In this document: positions 1-8,638 of the stretch, in pieces | How positions within the stretch are numbered: position 1 is the stretch's first letter | Layout: every line of letters starts with the position of its first letter | Assembly: GCA_964427935.1 (NCBI GenBank) | Contig: CAYRWH010000002.1 | Coordinates: forward strand, 1 to 34,424 | Reading direction: 5' to 3' | DNA length: 34,424 nt | Source: an uncultured Halobellus sp. | GTDB lineage: Archaea > Halobacteriota > Halobacteria > Halobacteriales > Haloferacaceae | Translations under genes and position numbers: made by a program | The notes under the pieces: generated by a model | The model's input: only the letters and a program-made list of their open reading frames with translations | Told to the model about the DNA's origin: nothing | The model's database searches: none

Positions 1-1760
1 ACGACTCGAACCCGCCGTTTTATAAGTGGTTCCCGGACGGCCGGCTCAACGCGTCCGTCAACTGCGTCGACCGGCATCTCGATGAGCGTCGGAACCAACT
101 CGCAATCCGGTGGTTCGGGAAGCGCGGCGAGCGTCGCTCGTACACTTACGCGGACCTCTATCGTGAGGTGAACGCGGCCGCGGCAGGGCTACGAGAGTTG
201 GGCGTCGAGGAAGACGATGTCGTCACCCTGTATCTCCCGATGATCCCAGAACTTCCGGTGACGATGCTGGCGTGTGCGCGGATCGGCGCACCCCATAACG
301 TTGTCTTCGCGGGACTGTCGGCGGAGGCCCTCGCAACGCGAATTGACGCCGCCGCCTCCGAGTACCTCGTCACCTGCGATGGCTACTACCGCCGCGAGGA
401 CGCGTTTAATCAGAAGTCACGCGCCGACAACGCCGCCCTCCGGATCGACGGGGAGTTAGAGGCCACCGTCGTGGTCGACCGTCTCGGCGACGCACTCGAG
501 GTCGCACTCGGCGAGAGCGAACACGACTACGAGGCGCTGCTCGCCCCACACGACGGCGAGACGGTCGACCCCGTCGCACGCGACGCCACCGACCTCCTGT
601 TTGTGATGTACACTTCGGGGACGACAGGGCGTCCGAAGGGAGTCGAACACGCCACCGGTGGGTACCTCTCACACGTCGCGTGGACGACCAAGAACGTACT
701 CGATGTCCGGCCGGAGGACACGTATTGGTGTGCCGCCGACATCGGCTGGATAACCGGCCACTCCTACGGGGTATATGGTCCGCTCACGCTCGGCACGACA
801 ACACTCATCTACGAGGGGTCACCCGACTACCCCGACCGCGAGCGGGTGTGGGACCTGATCGAGCGCAACGCTGTCAGCGTATTTTACACCTCGCCGACCG
901 CGATCCGCTCGTTTATGAAGTGGGGCGCGGAGTACCCCGACGCCCACGACCTCTCCTCGATCCGATTGCTCGGGACGGTCGGGGAGTCGATCACGCCGAA
1001 AGCGTGGCACTGGTACCGCGAGCACGTCGGCGGGGGAACCGCGCCGGTCGTCGACACGTGGTGGCAAACGGAGACGGGCGCGATAGCCGTGGCGACGCTA
1101 CCCGGTGTGACGCCCATGAAACCCGGAAAGGTCGGTCCGCCGCTTCCGGGTATCGAGGCGCAGGTTGTCGACCGCGACGGTCACCCGGTTGATCCGGGCG
1201 AGACCGGCTACCTCACGATAGACCGGCCGTGGCCGGGGATGCTTCGTGGACTTCGCGAGGGGGCGGAGCGCTACCGACGCGAATACTGGGTCGAAACTGA
1301 AGACGAGTGGCGCTACCGCACCGGCGACGGCGCGACCAGTGATGAGGACGGCTACGTCACGATCCTCGGCCGCGTCGACGACGTGATCAACGTCCGGGCG
1401 CACCGATTTAACACCGCAGAGTTAGAGTCGGCTATCGTCGCCGTCGACGGAGTCACCGAAGCGGCGGTCGTCGGTGACGGCTCCGGCGGCGTTATCGCAT
1501 ACGTGACAACACGGGGCGACATCGACCCGGATGCGGCCCTCCGCGAGTCGGTTGCGGCTCACGTCGTCGACGCGGTCGGGGAGGTCGCTCGTCCCGATCA
1601 GGTCGTGTTCACGCCCGACCTTCCGAAGACACGCTCTGGAAAGATCATGCGTCGCCTGCTCGAAGACATCGCCCGTGGCGAGGAGTTCGGCGATGTCAGC
1701 GCCCTCCGCAACCCCGAAGTCGTCGGCGAAATCGAATCGACGATCCGGGGCGAGGAGTGA
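1..1760 (+). CDS. acs: Acetyl-CoA synthetase paralog (divergent; 5' end outside window)
   Basis: Frame is open from base 3 (DSNPPFYKWFPDGRLNASVNCVDRHL). Motifs YTSGTTGRPKG, ADIGWITGHSY, DTWWQTETG, GRVDD and PKTRSGKIMRR are present. Confidence 0.93.
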   Translation, partial: DSNPPFYKWFPDGRLNASVNCVDRHLDERRNQLAIRWFGKRGERRSYTYADLYREVNAAAAGLRELGVEEDDVVTLYLPMIPELPVTMLACARIGAPHNVVFAGLSAEALATRIDAAASEYLVTCDGYYRREDAFNQKSRADNAALRIDGELEATVVVDRLGDALEVALGESEHDYEALLAPHDGETVDPVARDATDLLFVMYTSGTTGRPKGVEHATGGYLSHVAWTTKNVLDVRPEDTYWCAADIGWITGHSYGVYGPLTLGTTTLIYEGSPDYPDRERVWDLIERNAVSVFYTSPTAIRSFMKWGAEYPDAHDLSSIRLLGTVGESITPKAWHWYREHVGGGTAPVVDTWWQTETGAIAVATLPGVTPMKPGKVGPPLPGIEAQVVDRDGHPVDPGETGYLTIDRPWPGMLRGLREGAERYRREYWVETEDEWRYRTGDGATSDEDGYVTILGRVDDVINVRAHRFNTAELESAIVAVDGVTEAAVVGDGSGGVIAYVTTRGDIDPDAALRESVAAHVVDAVGEVARPDQVVFTPDLPKTRSGKIMRRLLEDIARGEEFGDVSALRNPEVVGEIESTIRGEE

Positions 1761-1781
1761 TCGTCCAGGACGAACAAAACT

Positions 1782-1809
1782 ATTTCGGGTATTCTTTAAT
1801 TCACGAAAC
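1782..1809. promoter_or_regulatory. 28-bp imperfect palindrome, site 1 (ATTTCGGGTAT-TCTTTA-ATTCACGAAAC)
   Basis: TTTCG-N16-CGAAA inverted repeat read directly from the sequence; same spacing and left arm as site 2. Confidence 0.7.
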
Positions 1810-1818
1810 TTATTCGGC

Positions 1819-1875
1819 ATGGATAGACTCAAACGATCCGCAAACACGACAGTCCCAGAGCCAGTCGCTTTGTAG
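1819..1875 (+). other. Putative 18-aa upstream ORF (MDRLKRSANTTVPEPVAL)
   Basis: Its first 10 nt (ATGGATAGAC) are identical to the first 10 nt of the 1920 gene; ends at TAG 1873-1875. Translation is unproven. Confidence 0.3.
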
Positions 1876-1889
1876 GCCGCAAATTTCTT

Positions 1890-1917
1890 GTTTCGGGTAT
1901 CAATTGTATAACGAAAC
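1890..1917. promoter_or_regulatory. 28-bp imperfect palindrome, site 2 (GTTTCGGGTAT-CAATTG-TATAACGAAAC)
   Basis: GTTTCG-N16-CGAAAC inverted repeat ending 2 nt before the ATG of the recombinase-fusion gene. Confidence 0.72.
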
Positions 1918-1919
1918 CC

Positions 1920-3731
1920 ATGGATAGACCGATCCCGCCGTCGGCAGTCGAAGACCTCGTTACCGCGGCCGAGACGTATCGTGCCGCGCTCGTGGTCCGA
2001 CTTGCCGGAGAAGTCGGCCTTCGGACGGCGGAAATTCCCCGAGTTCGACCCTGTGACCTTCGAGAGTCGGATCACGTCACCGGCGCGGCGATCCTCTCGG
2101 TCCCCGCGTCGGACGAACAACAGGACACAAACGACGAGCGGATCGATCGAGAGGTGTTCGTCCCGGCCTCCGTCTTGACGGAGCTCCGTCGGTACGTCGA
2201 CTCCGCGGATCTGGACGAATCGGAGCCGTTCGTCGATGTCTCACCTCGCCGCGTCCAAATGCTGGTGAGCGAGACCGCCGATCGTGCCGCGACGTTCGCT
2301 GATGCCCCAGCACTGTCGTCGATAACACCCCGAGATCTGCGCCACGGATTCGCGAAGCGGCTGCTGAACCGAGGGATCGACCCACACGTCGTCCGGGAAG
2401 CCGGTGGTTGGGGCTCCATGGAGGCGCTCGACCCGTATCTCGACCCACTCGACGGCGAAGCGATCGCTGAGGCCGTCGCGAACGGGACGGGAAAAGCGCC
2501 CGGAGCCACCACCGGCGACGCGGAACCGTCCCATCACGACGCGCACCGTTCGATCTCTCCGCCGCAAAACGCGTGGGAACCTATCCTCGACGCCGTTGCC
2601 GTGATCCCAACCATCACCGACCGAGACGACCTTTTTACGGCCGTCGTCGACCGACTAACCGCGGGGGATCGATGGCGAGCGGTCCAGATCGTCCGCGGGA
2701 CGGCAGGCGGGGCCCTTGGCGACACCGATGCTACGGAGATCGTTGGAGACGAGGTTACCGACCGTTCCGGACTTCCGTCTGTTCCGGAAGGCGAGCAAGC
2801 CCCTTGGCGGACCGCTATCACCGAAGGAGAGGCGGTTGTTCGCCGAATCGACAACGACGGACTCGTCGGCGAGGGTGCCAACCGGCCGGGGGCTGGCTCG
2901 TTTCTTGCGGTTCCGGTCTGTCATCGAGATGCGACGTACGGCGCACTGTGCCTCTGGAGCGACGTGTCCGAATCGTTTGGCCCCACGGAACGCGAGGCGC
3001 TCTCCGTTCTCGGCCGGTGTCTCGGGTGGGGCGTCACCGCGGGGCGGTGGCAGGATCTGTTACACTCGGATGCGGTCACGCGGGTCGAATTCCGGACCAC
3101 CGCTGGGGACGCGTTCTTCTCAGCCGTAAGCGACACGCTTGGCTGCCGGATCGAACTCGCATCGACGGTAACCGTCTCCGAAACGAGTTCACGGTGTTAC
3201 GTTCGGGCATCGGCTGCCAGTCCACAGGCGCTTGCGGACGCGGTTGCGGCTGCCCGCGGCGTCTCAGAGCTACGTGTGATCGAGACCCGCGAAGCGGGCT
3301 GTACGGTCTCGATCCGAGTTTCTGGCGGCTCACTCGTCCGAACGCTTACCGAACACGGTGCGACGGTCAGGGACGCAGTCGCCGAGAACGGGGAGGTTCG
3401 GGTGGTTGCCGACCTCCCGGACGGAACCGAGATCGGACCTATCGCTGACGGACTTCGTGAGACGTACCCGGATGTCAGGCTGGTGAGCAAGGAGTCGGTT
3501 ACACGCTCGCCACAGTCCGAATCAACGCTTCGTGAGGGCGTCACCGAACGACTCACTGATCGACAGTGGGCAACGCTTTCGGCAGCGTTTCACAGCGGCT
3601 ACTTCGACTGGCCGCGAGGAAGCACGGCTGAGGAGGTGGCCGATGCGATGGATGTCTCCTCGCCGACGTTCCATAACCACCTCCGAAAGGCACAACGTGC
3701 GCTGCTTGAGACGCTTTTTGTGGACGACTGA
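1920..3731 (+). CDS. Tyrosine recombinase-like catalytic domain + GAF + bacterio-opsin-activator (Bat/HTH_10) fusion protein
   Basis: N-terminus: GLRTAE, TPRDLRHGFA, AGGW...DPY (Int/Xer boxes I and II). Middle: FLAVPVCHRDATYGALCL (GAF). C-terminus: LTDRQ...GYFDWPRGSTAEEVADAMDVSSPTFHNHLRKA (HTH_10). Confidence 0.88.
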   Translation: MDRPIPPSAVEDLVTAAETYRAALVVRLAGEVGLRTAEIPRVRPCDLRESDHVTGAAILSVPASDEQQDTNDERIDREVFVPASVLTELRRYVDSADLDESEPFVDVSPRRVQMLVSETADRAATFADAPALSSITPRDLRHGFAKRLLNRGIDPHVVREAGGWGSMEALDPYLDPLDGEAIAEAVANGTGKAPGATTGDAEPSHHDAHRSISPPQNAWEPILDAVAVIPTITDRDDLFTAVVDRLTAGDRWRAVQIVRGTAGGALGDTDATEIVGDEVTDRSGLPSVPEGEQAPWRTAITEGEAVVRRIDNDGLVGEGANRPGAGSFLAVPVCHRDATYGALCLWSDVSESFGPTEREALSVLGRCLGWGVTAGRWQDLLHSDAVTRVEFRTTAGDAFFSAVSDTLGCRIELASTVTVSETSSRCYVRASAASPQALADAVAAARGVSELRVIETREAGCTVSIRVSGGSLVRTLTEHGATVRDAVAENGEVRVVADLPDGTEIGPIADGLRETYPDVRLVSKESVTRSPQSESTLREGVTERLTDRQWATLSAAFHSGYFDWPRGSTAEEVADAMDVSSPTFHNHLRKAQRALLETLFVDD

Positions 3732-3772
3732 GAGCAGTATCCTTCACGATTTTTTCGTATTTAGAGTGGTCG

Positions 3773-3806
3773 TTTATGTGGGGGTGCTCGTTGTGTACGA
3801 TCGTAC
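3773..3806 (+). promoter_or_regulatory. Candidate acs promoter (TTTATG) with perfect 12-bp palindrome GTACGATCGTAC at 3795-3806
   Basis: TATA-like element about 30 nt upstream of the ATG at 3809; palindrome read directly. Confidence 0.4.
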
Positions 3807-3808
3807 TC

Positions 3809-5800
3809 ATGACGGAGGAAGACGCCCAATTGGAAGCGAGACTCGCCGAGCAGGAGGTGTTCGAGCCGCCAGAATCGTTCGTATCGGGGGCAAACGTAAC
3901 TGATTCGGACATTTACGAGGAATTCGAGGAGAACTGGCCGGCCTGTTGGGAGGGTGCGGCCGACCTGCTCGACTGGGACACCGACTACGATCAGGTGCTC
4001 GACGACTCGAACCCGCCGTTCTACGAGTGGTTCACGGGCGGAGAGCTAAACGCCTCCGCGAACTGCCTCGACCGACACCTCGACGAGCGCGGCGACGAGG
4101 TCGCCATCGAGTGGGTCGGTGAGCCGGTCGACGAGGCAAACCGGACCTACACGTACGAGGAGCTTCACCGCGAGGTAAACGAGTTCGCCGCTGCCCTCCG
4201 CGAGCAGGGCGTCGAGGAGGACGACGTGGTGACGATGTACATGCCGATGATTCCGGAGCTTCCGGTCGCAATGCTGGCGTGTGCGCGGATCGGCGCGCCA
4301 CACAGCGTCGTGTTTGCGGGATTCTCCGCGGACGCACTTGCGACTCGGATGAACGCCGCAGAGTCCGAGTACCTCGTCACCTGTGACGGCTACTACCGCC
4401 GAGGCGACCCGCTCGACCATCTTAATAAGGCGAACGAGGGGCTCTCAAACGTCGACCACGACACCACGACGGTCGTCGTCGACCGACTCGGAACGAACGA
4501 CGACGACTTCGGACACGGTCTGACTGACGACCAACTCGATTACGACGATCTCGTCGCGGCGCAGGCCGGCGCTGAGGTCGATCCCGTTGTCCGCGACGCC
4601 GAGGATATGCTCTTTTTGATGTACACCTCGGGGACAACCGGCAAGCCGAAGGGTGTGAAACACACGACAGGGGGGTATCTCTCGTGGGTCTCATGGACCT
4701 CGCAATCGGTCCTCGACATCAAGCCGGATGACACGTACTTCTGTTCGGCCGACATCGGCTGGATCACGGGACACTCCTACATTGTCTACGGTCCGCTCGC
4801 GCTCGGGACGACGACGATGATGTACGAAGGAACCCCAGACCATCCCGAACGCGACCGTCTCTGGGAAATAATCGACGAGTACGACGCGACCCAGTTGTAC
4901 ACCGCGCCGACCGCGATCCGCGCGTTCATGAAGTGGGGAACGGAGTACCCCGACGCTCACGATCTCTCCTCGCTTCGACTCTTGGGCACTGTCGGAGAGC
5001 CAATCAACCCGCGCGCCTGGAAGTGGTACTACAAACATATTGGTGGGGAGGAGTGCCCGGTTATCGATACGTGGTGGCAGACGGAAACCGGCGGAATGAT
5101 GATAACTACGCTTCCTGGAGTCAGCGACATGAAACCCGGCTCCGCGGGGCCGCCGCTTCCGGGAGTCGACGTTCGGATCGTCGATACGTTGGGTGAAGAA
5201 ATAGCTCCCGGTGAGGCAGGCTATCTCACCGTCCAGAAGCCGTGGCCGGGAATGTTGCGGACACTGTATAAAAACGACGAGCGATACATCGACGAGTACT
5301 GGGCGGAGTACTCCGACACTGACAGCGACGACCCGGAGGACTGGGTGTACTTCCCCGAGGACGGCGCAAAGATCGACGAGGACGGCTACATCACCGTTCT
5401 CGGCCGTGTCGACGACGTGATCAACGTGTCAGGACACCGGCTTGGAACGATGGAGATCGAATCTGCCATCGTCGGCGTCGAGGGTGTCGCCGAGGCTGCG
5501 GTCGTCGGCGGCAACCACGACATCAAAGGCGAGGCTGTCTACGCGTACGTCATCACCGAGGACGGCTACGAGGGGACCGATGCGTTGCGCGATCGCGTCG
5601 TCGCTGGCGTCGAGGACGCCATCGGCCCGATCGCCCGACCGGAGCAGGTCGTGTTCACTCCTGACCTCCCGAAAACACGGTCTGGGAAGATCATGCGGCG
5701 GCTCTTAGAGAACATCGCTGACGGCGAGGAGATCGGCAACACCAGCACGCTCCGTAACCCCGATATCGTCGACGACATCCAAGCACAGGTCGAGAACTAA
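3809..5800 (+). CDS. acs: Acetyl-CoA synthetase (AMP-forming), canonical
   Basis: Complete motif set: YTSGTTGKPKG, GEPINP, DTWWQTETGG, INVSGHRLGTMEIES, HDIKGEAVYAYV, PKTRSGK. Start placed at ATG 3809 (MTEEDAQLEARL). Confidence 0.97.
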   Translation: MTEEDAQLEARLAEQEVFEPPESFVSGANVTDSDIYEEFEENWPACWEGAADLLDWDTDYDQVLDDSNPPFYEWFTGGELNASANCLDRHLDERGDEVAIEWVGEPVDEANRTYTYEELHREVNEFAAALREQGVEEDDVVTMYMPMIPELPVAMLACARIGAPHSVVFAGFSADALATRMNAAESEYLVTCDGYYRRGDPLDHLNKANEGLSNVDHDTTTVVVDRLGTNDDDFGHGLTDDQLDYDDLVAAQAGAEVDPVVRDAEDMLFLMYTSGTTGKPKGVKHTTGGYLSWVSWTSQSVLDIKPDDTYFCSADIGWITGHSYIVYGPLALGTTTMMYEGTPDHPERDRLWEIIDEYDATQLYTAPTAIRAFMKWGTEYPDAHDLSSLRLLGTVGEPINPRAWKWYYKHIGGEECPVIDTWWQTETGGMMITTLPGVSDMKPGSAGPPLPGVDVRIVDTLGEEIAPGEAGYLTVQKPWPGMLRTLYKNDERYIDEYWAEYSDTDSDDPEDWVYFPEDGAKIDEDGYITVLGRVDDVINVSGHRLGTMEIESAIVGVEGVAEAAVVGGNHDIKGEAVYAYVITEDGYEGTDALRDRVVAGVEDAIGPIARPEQVVFTPDLPKTRSGKIMRRLLENIADGEEIGNTSTLRNPDIVDDIQAQVEN

Positions 5801-5884
5801 CGGGCAGCACGTGGGGACACGCCCCCGTCGTATCGTTGTCGCGAGAGCGCCGATCGAACGCCACCGAACCGACACACGCAACCC

Positions 5885-6364
5885 ATGCCAGATAACGACA
5901 CACATTCAGCCGCCGCGGGAGACCAGCGTACCGGGGATCATCCCGAGGACGCATCGCTTAGAGCCGACGGCGGAACCAGCGACGTCCAGCGAGAACAGGA
6001 GATAGATTATCTCGAAGTCGAGATCAACCTTTTGAACCCGGCGACACCGTTCATGCGAGACCACCTCCGGGTGATCTGGATCGGCTTTGCGATCTGGGTG
6101 GTCACCACGTTCGGACCGATCACCGCCACCCGGATCGCTCCGGACCTGATGACGACGGCGATGCCGATCCTCGGATTTCCGTTTCACTACTTCGCGATAG
6201 CGATCGGCGCACCCGGCGCTGCGCTGCTCCTCTCCGTGTGGTACGCGAAGAAGCGTGACGCAATCGACGAAAAGTACGGAATCGAGCAGGTGGACAACGA
6301 AGCGCTTGCGGCAGACGCCGACGCCGAGAGTGCCGCGGCGGCTGATGGAGGTGTCGAGGAGTGA
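5885..6364 (+). CDS. DUF4212-type small membrane subunit of solute symporter
   Basis: Two TM segments with GFPFHYF motif; stop overlaps the symporter start (GTGA). Confidence 0.85.
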   Translation: MPDNDTHSAAAGDQRTGDHPEDASLRADGGTSDVQREQEIDYLEVEINLLNPATPFMRDHLRVIWIGFAIWVVTTFGPITATRIAPDLMTTAMPILGFPFHYFAIAIGAPGAALLLSVWYAKKRDAIDEKYGIEQVDNEALAADADAESAAAADGGVEE

Positions 6365-8061
6365 TCTCCTCGTCTGTCCTCCTTCAAGCCGACGAGCTAC
6401 TTCCTGAGGGGCTTGAGATCGGTTTCAAACTTGTTCCGGCAGTCATCGTCATCTCGATGATGACGTTGTTCCTCGCGGTCGGCTTCGCGTTCAAAGTTGC
6501 CGACACCGACGACATGTGGGTCGCCGGCCGATCGATCGGGAACATTGAGAACGGGATGGCGATCGGCGCGAATTGGATGTCCGCGGCGTCGTATCTCGGC
6601 ATGGCTGCCCTCATCGCGCTCTCGGGCGTGTACGGGCTGGCCTACGTCGTCGGCTGGACGACCGGCTACTTCGTCCTACTCATCTTCATGGCCGCGCAGA
6701 TGCGTCGGTTCGGTAAGTACACCGCACCGGACTTCGTCGGCGACCGATTCAACTCCGATACGGCCCGCGCGCTCGCGGCGATCACGACGTTCCTGATCGG
6801 CTTCGTCTACGCGCTCGGACAGGCGCGCGGTATGGGACTCGTCGGGATGTACGTTCTCGGCGATATCAACAACGTGGTTGCGCTGCCCGGCCTCAGCGCT
6901 TATCAGGCGATGATGGCGCTGTTCATGGTGGTCACCATCGCGTATCTCACCCTGTCCGGAATGCTGGGTGCGACGAAGAACATGGCGCTCCAGTACGTCA
7001 TCCTCATCGGCGCGTTCCTCATCGGCCTGCTGGCTACAGGGTGGTCAGCCGGCTACTCAACCATCCTTCCACAGATAGAGTACGGAATGCTGATAAGCGA
7101 GTTGAGCGCCGAGTTCTCCGCGCCCTTCGCCGGCGGAAGCTACTACCTCTGGGTTGCGACCTGTTTCAGCCTCGCGTTCGGTACCTGCGGACTGCCCCAC
7201 GTGCTCGTCCGGTTCTACACCGTCGAGAACGAGCGGACCGCCCGCTGGTCCTGTACGTGGGGGCTGTTCTTTATCGCCGTACTCTACCTCTCTGCGCCCG
7301 CGTTCGCGGCCTTCGGAACGGACCTGTACGCGCAGAACATCGGTGCCGTCTACGGCGATCCGGGAATGACTGATGCCGCGGGCGACGTTATCGTCGTCCT
7401 CGCCGCACAGTTGGCGAATCTGCCGACGTGGCTCGTCGGGTTCGTCGCTGCCGGCGGGATCGCGGCTGCGGTTGCGACGACGGCCGGACTCTTCATCGCC
7501 GCCTCGTCGGCCATCTCCCACGACATCTACGCGAACATTATCAACGAGGACGCGACACAGCGCCAGCAGGTGCTTGTCGGCCGGCTGAGCATCATCGGCA
7601 TCGGCCTCTTGACGATCCTGTTCGCGTTGAATCCACAGGCACCTATCGCGGCGCTCGTCTCGTTCGCGTTCTCGCTCGCCGCTATTGTCTTGTTCCCGAT
7701 GTTCTTCCTCGGGCTCTGGTGGGAGAACACGAACCGCCCCGGCGCGCTTGCTGGCATGACGAGCGGAATCGTCATCTGGTTCATCCCGATGTTCAACGAG
7801 GGCCAGTTCGGCCTCGTTAACGGAGGTGCCGGCTTTGGAATTGAGTTCCTCTCGACGTGGATGCCAGCGGTCGGCTCTGGGTTGATCGGCGTGCCGCTCG
7901 TGTTCGCAATCACCATCTTCGTCTCGTACGTGACCGACGAACCGCCGCTGCGGACCAAACGAATGGTTCGGCAGTGTCACAGCCCGGAACCGATGCCGAA
8001 GGACAAAACGGCCGCACAGGTCGTCTCCGAAAAGATAGACGACGCACCCGCCGACGACTGA
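6361..8061 (+). CDS. actP: Na+/solute symporter, ActP-like (probable acetate/monocarboxylate permease)
   Basis: NGMAIGANWMSAASYLG, GKYTAPDFVGDRF and GLPHVLVRFYT motifs; about 13 TMs; adjacent to acs. Confidence 0.88.
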   Translation: MISSSVLLQADELLPEGLEIGFKLVPAVIVISMMTLFLAVGFAFKVADTDDMWVAGRSIGNIENGMAIGANWMSAASYLGMAALIALSGVYGLAYVVGWTTGYFVLLIFMAAQMRRFGKYTAPDFVGDRFNSDTARALAAITTFLIGFVYALGQARGMGLVGMYVLGDINNVVALPGLSAYQAMMALFMVVTIAYLTLSGMLGATKNMALQYVILIGAFLIGLLATGWSAGYSTILPQIEYGMLISELSAEFSAPFAGGSYYLWVATCFSLAFGTCGLPHVLVRFYTVENERTARWSCTWGLFFIAVLYLSAPAFAAFGTDLYAQNIGAVYGDPGMTDAAGDVIVVLAAQLANLPTWLVGFVAAGGIAAAVATTAGLFIAASSAISHDIYANIINEDATQRQQVLVGRLSIIGIGLLTILFALNPQAPIAALVSFAFSLAAIVLFPMFFLGLWWENTNRPGALAGMTSGIVIWFIPMFNEGQFGLVNGGAGFGIEFLSTWMPAVGSGLIGVPLVFAITIFVSYVTDEPPLRTKRMVRQCHSPEPMPKDKTAAQVVSEKIDDAPADD

Positions 8062-8063
8062 TC

Positions 8064-8525
8064 ATGTACGACAGGATACTCGTCCCGACCGATGGAAGCG
8101 ACGTGGCGAACAACGCGGTTGAGCACGCGATCGACCTCGCGGAAAAGTACGACGCGGAGATCCACGCGCTGTTCGTGGCTGACACGGACATGGTCGCGTA
8201 CAGCCTCGGCACCGAACAGGTAGACCGGATACGGCAGGGTAAGTTCGGGGAGATGACTGAACTCGCGGAGGATGCCAAAGAGGCGACCGATTTCGTCCGC
8301 GACATGGCCGAGGACGCCGGACTCGCGTTCGTCGAACGGCATGCCGGTGGCCAGCCCCACGATGTGATCGCCGACTACGCTCGGAACAACGACATTGATC
8401 TCATCGTGATGGGGAGTCACGGTCGATCCGGTGTCCGCCGTGCGCTGTTGGGGAGTGTTACCGAGCGAACTCTGCGATCGACGCACGTCCCCGTTTTCGT
8501 CGTCGACTACGTCGAGGGTCGGTAA
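8064..8525 (+). CDS. Universal stress protein (UspA family)
   Basis: MYDRILVPTDGS ... DLIVMGSHGRSGVRRALLGSVTERTLR. Confidence 0.95.
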   Translation: MYDRILVPTDGSDVANNAVEHAIDLAEKYDAEIHALFVADTDMVAYSLGTEQVDRIRQGKFGEMTELAEDAKEATDFVRDMAEDAGLAFVERHAGGQPHDVIADYARNNDIDLIVMGSHGRSGVRRALLGSVTERTLRSTHVPVFVVDYVEGR

Positions 8526-8638
8526 GCGACCCCGGCTACCTCGCTCATTTCGACGACCGATCTCAGAAGGCTGACCGCAAGAGACTATCAGGCAACCAAT
8601 CCCGAAAGACCGACCCGCGAGCGCAACGAGACACAGCT

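Noticed and set aside
1-5800. Integrative element bounded by the two acs genes as att-like direct repeats
   Set aside because: The paralogs are substantially diverged full-length genes rather than a short duplicated target, and there are no cargo or replication genes.
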